Assembly: GCA_038245295.1 (NCBI GenBank)
Contig: JBBRSP010000004.1
Coordinates: 1-64,000, forward strand
DNA: 64,000 bases
Source of the DNA: Candidatus Binatia bacterium
Lineage (GTDB): Bacteria; Desulfobacterota; Binatia; HRBIN30
Reading direction: 5' to 3'
A program made the position numbers and the translations under genes. The notes beneath the pieces were generated by a model. The model had not been told where the DNA came from. It ran no database searches and saw only the letters and a program-made list of their open reading frames with translations. This document shows, in pieces, positions 59,892 to 64,000 of this stretch. The first letter of the stretch is position 1. Each line of letters opens with the position of its first letter.

Positions 59892-62273
59892 ATGGATGAT
59901 TCGCCGCGCGCTGGAATACTGGATGGGATCCGAATCGTAGAGATCGCCGGGTTGGCAACCGCGTACTGCGGGAAACTTTTGGCCGACATGGGAGCTACGG
60001 TTGCGTTGGTCGAGCCACCGGACGGCAGTCCGTGGCGTGCCATCGGTCCGTACCTCAAGAGCTCGGACGCTCGCGAGCGATCAGTCGCCTTCCGCCACTA
60101 CAACACCAACAAGCGTAGCATCGTCATCGATCCCACCACGCCGGCGGGCCGCAGTCGATTGCAGGATCTGGTCGACGCCGCCGATATCCTCATTGATGGG
60201 CGGCCGCTGCCGGCCAAATCCACGCCACCCGCTAACCCCGGCCTGATCCACATCAGCATCACACCGTTCGGAAGCAGCGGTCCACGACGCGCCTTGCGGG
60301 GCTCGGACCTCATCGCCCAGGCCAGCGGCGGCATGGCCTTCATCAACGGCTTTGCCGACACCGCGCCACTGCAGGGGTTCGGACCGCAGGCCTACCACAG
60401 CGGCGGACTGCACGGCGCCATCGCCGCATTGCTGGCATTGTTGCATCGTCAACGCAGCGGCCTTGGCCAGTTGGTCGATGTCAGCTTGCAGGAGTGCGTC
60501 GCCAACTGCGTCGAACACGCCAGCAGCATTTTCCATCACGAAGGTCGCGTTGCCGAGCGCCAGGGAGCGCTGCATTGGACACGCTACTTCCGCACCGGCC
60601 GCTGTCGTGACGGACACGTGATGCACTGCACACTCGGCGATTGGACCACTTTGTCCGAGTGGGTAAAGGCAAGCGGCAAGGGCGACGCTCTGAACGATCC
60701 GTTGTTCGATGATCCCGATTACCGCAAGCGCGAATGCGAGCGCCTGTTCGATGTGCTGGACGGTTGGGCACTCGACTTAGACGCCAACGATCTGGTCGGG
60801 ACTGCACAGCTCCTGCGTCTGCCGTTCGCCATCGTCGAACCGCCGGAGCGTATCCTCACCAACGAACAACTGATCGGACGTGCCTACTTCGTCGACTCGC
60901 CCTCAGAGGATGGCGGACAAAGCCTGCGCCACCCCGGCGCTCCCTACGTGTTCAACAGCAGCCCGTGGACTCTGCGCCAGGCGGCGCCGAAACTCGACCA
61001 GGATCGCGACCTCTCCTGGGAGCCGCGTGGCAGCGTTTCAGTCATCGCACCCGGCCATGTCGAGCCAACGGCGCGCGCACTCGACGGCATCCGTGTGCTC
61101 GATTTCACCTGGGTCGTGGCTGGACCGTTGTGCACGCGCATCCTCGGCGACCACGGCGCCGAGGTCATCAAGATCGAACGCCACAACGCCACCGACTTTG
61201 GCAGCCGCCGCGGCGGTCTCACCGGCAATCTCAATCGTGGCAAACACAGCCTGGTGCTCAACATGGCCACGCCACGCGGTGTCGCTCTGGCACGCGATCT
61301 GGCGGCCCGTTGCGACGTGGTCGTCGACAACTTCAGTGCACGAGTGATGAAGAACTGGGGACTCGATTACGACAGCTTGCGGACTATCAAGCCCGACATC
61401 ATCGCCCTCAGCATGTCCGGCTTCGGGCACAGCGGCCCGCATCGCGACCACGTCAGTTACGGCCCAACGCTGCAGGCACTAAGTGGACATACACACCTGA
61501 TGCGCCATCCGGGCCGCCAGCTCGCCGGCTGGGGCTTCTCGTATTCCGATATGTCGGGTGGGTGCACGGGAGCCCTCGCCGTCCTGCTGGCGCTCTGGCA
61601 CCGGCGCAACTCGGGTGAGGGACAGTTCATCGACTTGTCGCAGTTCGAAAGTCTCGTGAGTCTGACCGGGCCATCGCTGCTCGCCCTCCTCAACGGCGGC
61701 ATCCCGACGATCGAAGCCGTCGGTAACCGCTCGCAAGAAGCGCCGGCGGCGCCACACGGCATCTATCGCTGCGCCGATGAGTCCCAGGCGGGGCTGCCGG
61801 CGGATCGCTGGTGCGCCATCGCCGTTTTCAGCGACGACGAATGGCACCGGCTGCGGCAGGCGATGGGTGACCCGGCGTGGACGAACGAGTCGCGCTTCGC
61901 GACGCTAGAGGAACGCCTACGCCATCAGAACGAGCTCGATGCATGTATGGAGTCGTGGACACGCCACCATGCCGCACCCGAGTTGATGGAGAGGCTGCAA
62001 GCAGCCGGCGTCACCGCCGCCGTCGTCGCCCACGCCGCCGATCTCTGCCGCGACGAACATCTGCAGGCGCGTGGGTACTGGCAACGTGTGGTTACGCCGG
62101 AAAATGAGACTCTCGAGTTCGACGGCCAACCATACCGAATGAGCGCCTCGCCGGGCCGCGTCACCGGCGCCGGACCACTGCTGGGTGAACACACCGATCA
62201 AATCCTGCAGCGCACCCTCGGTCTATCCCCGACGGACTGCACCAGCTTGCGCAGCGACGGGGTGGTTGCGTAA
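59892..62273 (+). CDS. Family III CoA-transferase (CaiB/BaiF), two fused domains
   Basis: Two LDGIR...LADMGA/LGDHGA...NTNKRS/NRGKHS repeats; PLLGEHT. Confidence 0.9.
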   Translation: MDDSPRAGILDGIRIVEIAGLATAYCGKLLADMGATVALVEPPDGSPWRAIGPYLKSSDARERSVAFRHYNTNKRSIVIDPTTPAGRSRLQDLVDAADILIDGRPLPAKSTPPANPGLIHISITPFGSSGPRRALRGSDLIAQASGGMAFINGFADTAPLQGFGPQAYHSGGLHGAIAALLALLHRQRSGLGQLVDVSLQECVANCVEHASSIFHHEGRVAERQGALHWTRYFRTGRCRDGHVMHCTLGDWTTLSEWVKASGKGDALNDPLFDDPDYRKRECERLFDVLDGWALDLDANDLVGTAQLLRLPFAIVEPPERILTNEQLIGRAYFVDSPSEDGGQSLRHPGAPYVFNSSPWTLRQAAPKLDQDRDLSWEPRGSVSVIAPGHVEPTARALDGIRVLDFTWVVAGPLCTRILGDHGAEVIKIERHNATDFGSRRGGLTGNLNRGKHSLVLNMATPRGVALARDLAARCDVVVDNFSARVMKNWGLDYDSLRTIKPDIIALSMSGFGHSGPHRDHVSYGPTLQALSGHTHLMRHPGRQLAGWGFSYSDMSGGCTGALAVLLALWHRRNSGEGQFIDLSQFESLVSLTGPSLLALLNGGIPTIEAVGNRSQEAPAAPHGIYRCADESQAGLPADRWCAIAVFSDDEWHRLRQAMGDPAWTNESRFATLEERLRHQNELDACMESWTRHHAAPELMERLQAAGVTAAVVAHAADLCRDEHLQARGYWQRVVTPENETLEFDGQPYRMSASPGRVTGAGPLLGEHTDQILQRTLGLSPTDCTSLRSDGVVA

Positions 62274-62378
62274 CCGCTGGCTCGGAGAAATCGCCAACCG
62301 CATGAAGGAGACGGCATACGGTGCGCGTATCAAACGCGGGCGCAGGCAAGGGCGTGGGCGAAGGCACGGGGAGACGAG

Positions 62379-63752
62379 CTAGCGCTGACAGAACCGCAGC
62401 ACGAACGCTTCGAGGAGGATCTTCGGATCGTTGCGCGACGATTTGAAGCGTAGGTCGAGATCGGCCAAGTCGACGAGTGCTTTGCGCAGTCGAACCGAGG
62501 AGATCCGCGCCGCGTCCTGGAAGCGGCGAAACAGTACGAAGGGGTGGGCGCGCCCGAAGGCGTCGAGAGTTTCGCGGTCGACCTCCGGCAGCACGCGTGA
62601 CTGGAAGGCGTTGTACTGCACGTCGCCGCGCCAGATTCCACGCAGTGTTGTCTCCAGGCATTCGCGCGCCAGCAGCAACATGCGGACCTCGCGCGCCAGC
62701 ATACCCAACAGACGCAACGGCGGCTCGCCCTGGTCGAGCAAACCGCGCAGGAGTGGCAGGGCCCGCGCCACCTGACGCGTCGACAACGCCGCGGTGAAGT
62801 CGAAGATCCACGAAGCGGCCATATCCTGGAAGTTCATCCGCACATCGGCTTCGCTGATCTTCGCCCGATCACCGACGGCGAGACAGAGCTTCTCGAGCTC
62901 CGACGCTACCAATCCCACATCATTTCCGGCGCGGCGCAGCACCAGCTCCGTAGCCGCGGGCTCAAGCTGCTTGGCAAAATCGGCGCGAACAATTCGTTGG
63001 ATGAGACTATCGATCGATTCTTTGCCGAGCGCGCCGCTGCGTTCACGTTCGACGGCTAGCTCGACTACCGCACCTACCTCGCGCACGCGCTTGGTCAACT
63101 TTTTGCGCGCGTCGACCGCCGGCGCCGTCAGCAGAAGCACCGCATCGGACGGCATCCCAGCGTCGAGAAACTCCTGCAGTTGGCCACCCTCGTCGCGAAA
63201 CGCCGCGACCTTCATCTCACGTTGGCGACAAACCGCCTGAATGGCATCAAGCGCCGCGACCTCGTCGTCCTCGAGGCCATCGCCGAAGACTTCCTTGACG
63301 TGTGACTTCGGAGCCGTGGTCCAGGCCTTGGCAAGGAACTGTTCCTGCGCCCAACCCGCCATGGCAACCAGGGTCAGCATCTGCTCGGCCGCCTCGACCT
63401 GACGGCTGTCGGCCCAGGCGGCGAGCATTGTTTTGGTCAAATCGGAACGTTTCTCGCCGGAAAGGAACAAGGGTGTGTCGCGCAGCCAGACAACTTTGAC
63501 ACCCGCAAAGAAGCCGCGCATGCGAAGGCTATCGAGCACGGTGCCGAGCGGCGTCGACCGACCATCGTAAGTTTCCAGGTTGAAGGATCGCGATGCCTCG
63601 GGCACCAGGGCTTCGGCAACGGCGTGGGCGGCCGCGTTGCTGAGGAACGATTCGCCGGCAAAAACGTAGATGCTCTTGAACTTGCCTGAGGCGGCATCGT
63701 TGACGAGCGCCGCCACATCCGCCGGGAGACTGGTTGTCGTTGCCGCCGCCAT
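62379..63752 (-). CDS. holA: DNA polymerase III subunit delta
   Basis: IYVFAGE, FNLETYDG, DARKK, ELEKL, IFDF, DLRFKSS; longer than usual. Confidence 0.8.
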   Translation of the reverse strand: MAAATTTSLPADVAALVNDAASGKFKSIYVFAGESFLSNAAAHAVAEALVPEASRSFNLETYDGRSTPLGTVLDSLRMRGFFAGVKVVWLRDTPLFLSGEKRSDLTKTMLAAWADSRQVEAAEQMLTLVAMAGWAQEQFLAKAWTTAPKSHVKEVFGDGLEDDEVAALDAIQAVCRQREMKVAAFRDEGGQLQEFLDAGMPSDAVLLLTAPAVDARKKLTKRVREVGAVVELAVERERSGALGKESIDSLIQRIVRADFAKQLEPAATELVLRRAGNDVGLVASELEKLCLAVGDRAKISEADVRMNFQDMAASWIFDFTAALSTRQVARALPLLRGLLDQGEPPLRLLGMLAREVRMLLLARECLETTLRGIWRGDVQYNAFQSRVLPEVDRETLDAFGRAHPFVLFRRFQDAARISSVRLRKALVDLADLDLRFKSSRNDPKILLEAFVLRFCQR

Positions 63753-63837
63753 GGGTGGGCTATAGATGATCCACTAGCTGATTCCACCTCACACTGAGCC
63801 TCAGCCGCTGGCTGTGCCCTTGCCTTTCAACGGTGGA

Positions 63838-63918
63838 AGGCTGGGGCACGGGCTGAGGCTAAGGCTTGGGGTTGGGGTTGGGGTTGGGGTTGGGGTTGGG
63901 CAAAGGCTTAGGCATAGG
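63838..63918. repeat. Hexamer-period G-rich array containing (TTGGGG)x5 plus TTGGG
   Basis: TTGGGG repeats at 63866-63900 flanked by GGCTGG GGCACG GGCTGA GGCTAA and GGCAAA GGCTTA GGCATA. Confidence 0.85.
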
Positions 63919-64000
63919 ATGAATTGACACCCACGGACGCCGCCGATACGCCTAAGCCGATGCCTTCTACAGATTCCTCCGCCGCGCCGACGATGCGCGG

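Noticed and set aside
63866..63900. Ciliate telomere contamination
   Set aside because: Under six units, embedded in a degenerate hexamer array within continuous bacterial sequence
1..64000. CRISPR array, tRNA/rRNA, transposase, prophage or defence genes
   Set aside because: No regularly spaced repeats, cloverleaf or hallmark motifs noticed by eye

Overview
GC-rich bacterial DNA with about 50 densely packed genes; I see no rRNA, tRNA, CRISPR array, transposase or phage genes. The mix of a deltaproteobacterial-type RpoH, RpoZ and long HolA, two PPOX/F420-type proteins and many Thr/Pro-linker proteins with dockerin-like ends suggests a Desulfobacterota-related lineage such as Ca. Binatia (inference). 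Housekeeping and metabolic content: FixL/FixJ-like two-component pair, DUF2339/DUF3999 pair, a gamma-glutamylation cluster (GS-like, PuuD-like, SDR, ALDH) split by two secreted proteins, engB, rpoH, a DnaJ-class chaperone, rpoZ, a ttuB-ttuA-trmI tRNA-modification cluster and holA. The most striking region is a ~13.4 kb minus-strand cell-surface locus (41.7-55.1 kb). It holds three giant secreted proteins (dockerin-like N-terminus, ~500-600 aa Thr-x-Thr/Pro stalk, shared unnamed Cys-rich ~200 aa C-terminal domain) followed by four tandem paralogous secreted proteins with a conserved core, variable Cys-rich inserts, strong RBSs, their own promoter and a terminator. This is a candidate undescribed S-layer or surface-appendage system. 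All family calls come from motif recognition by eye; no database searches were run.
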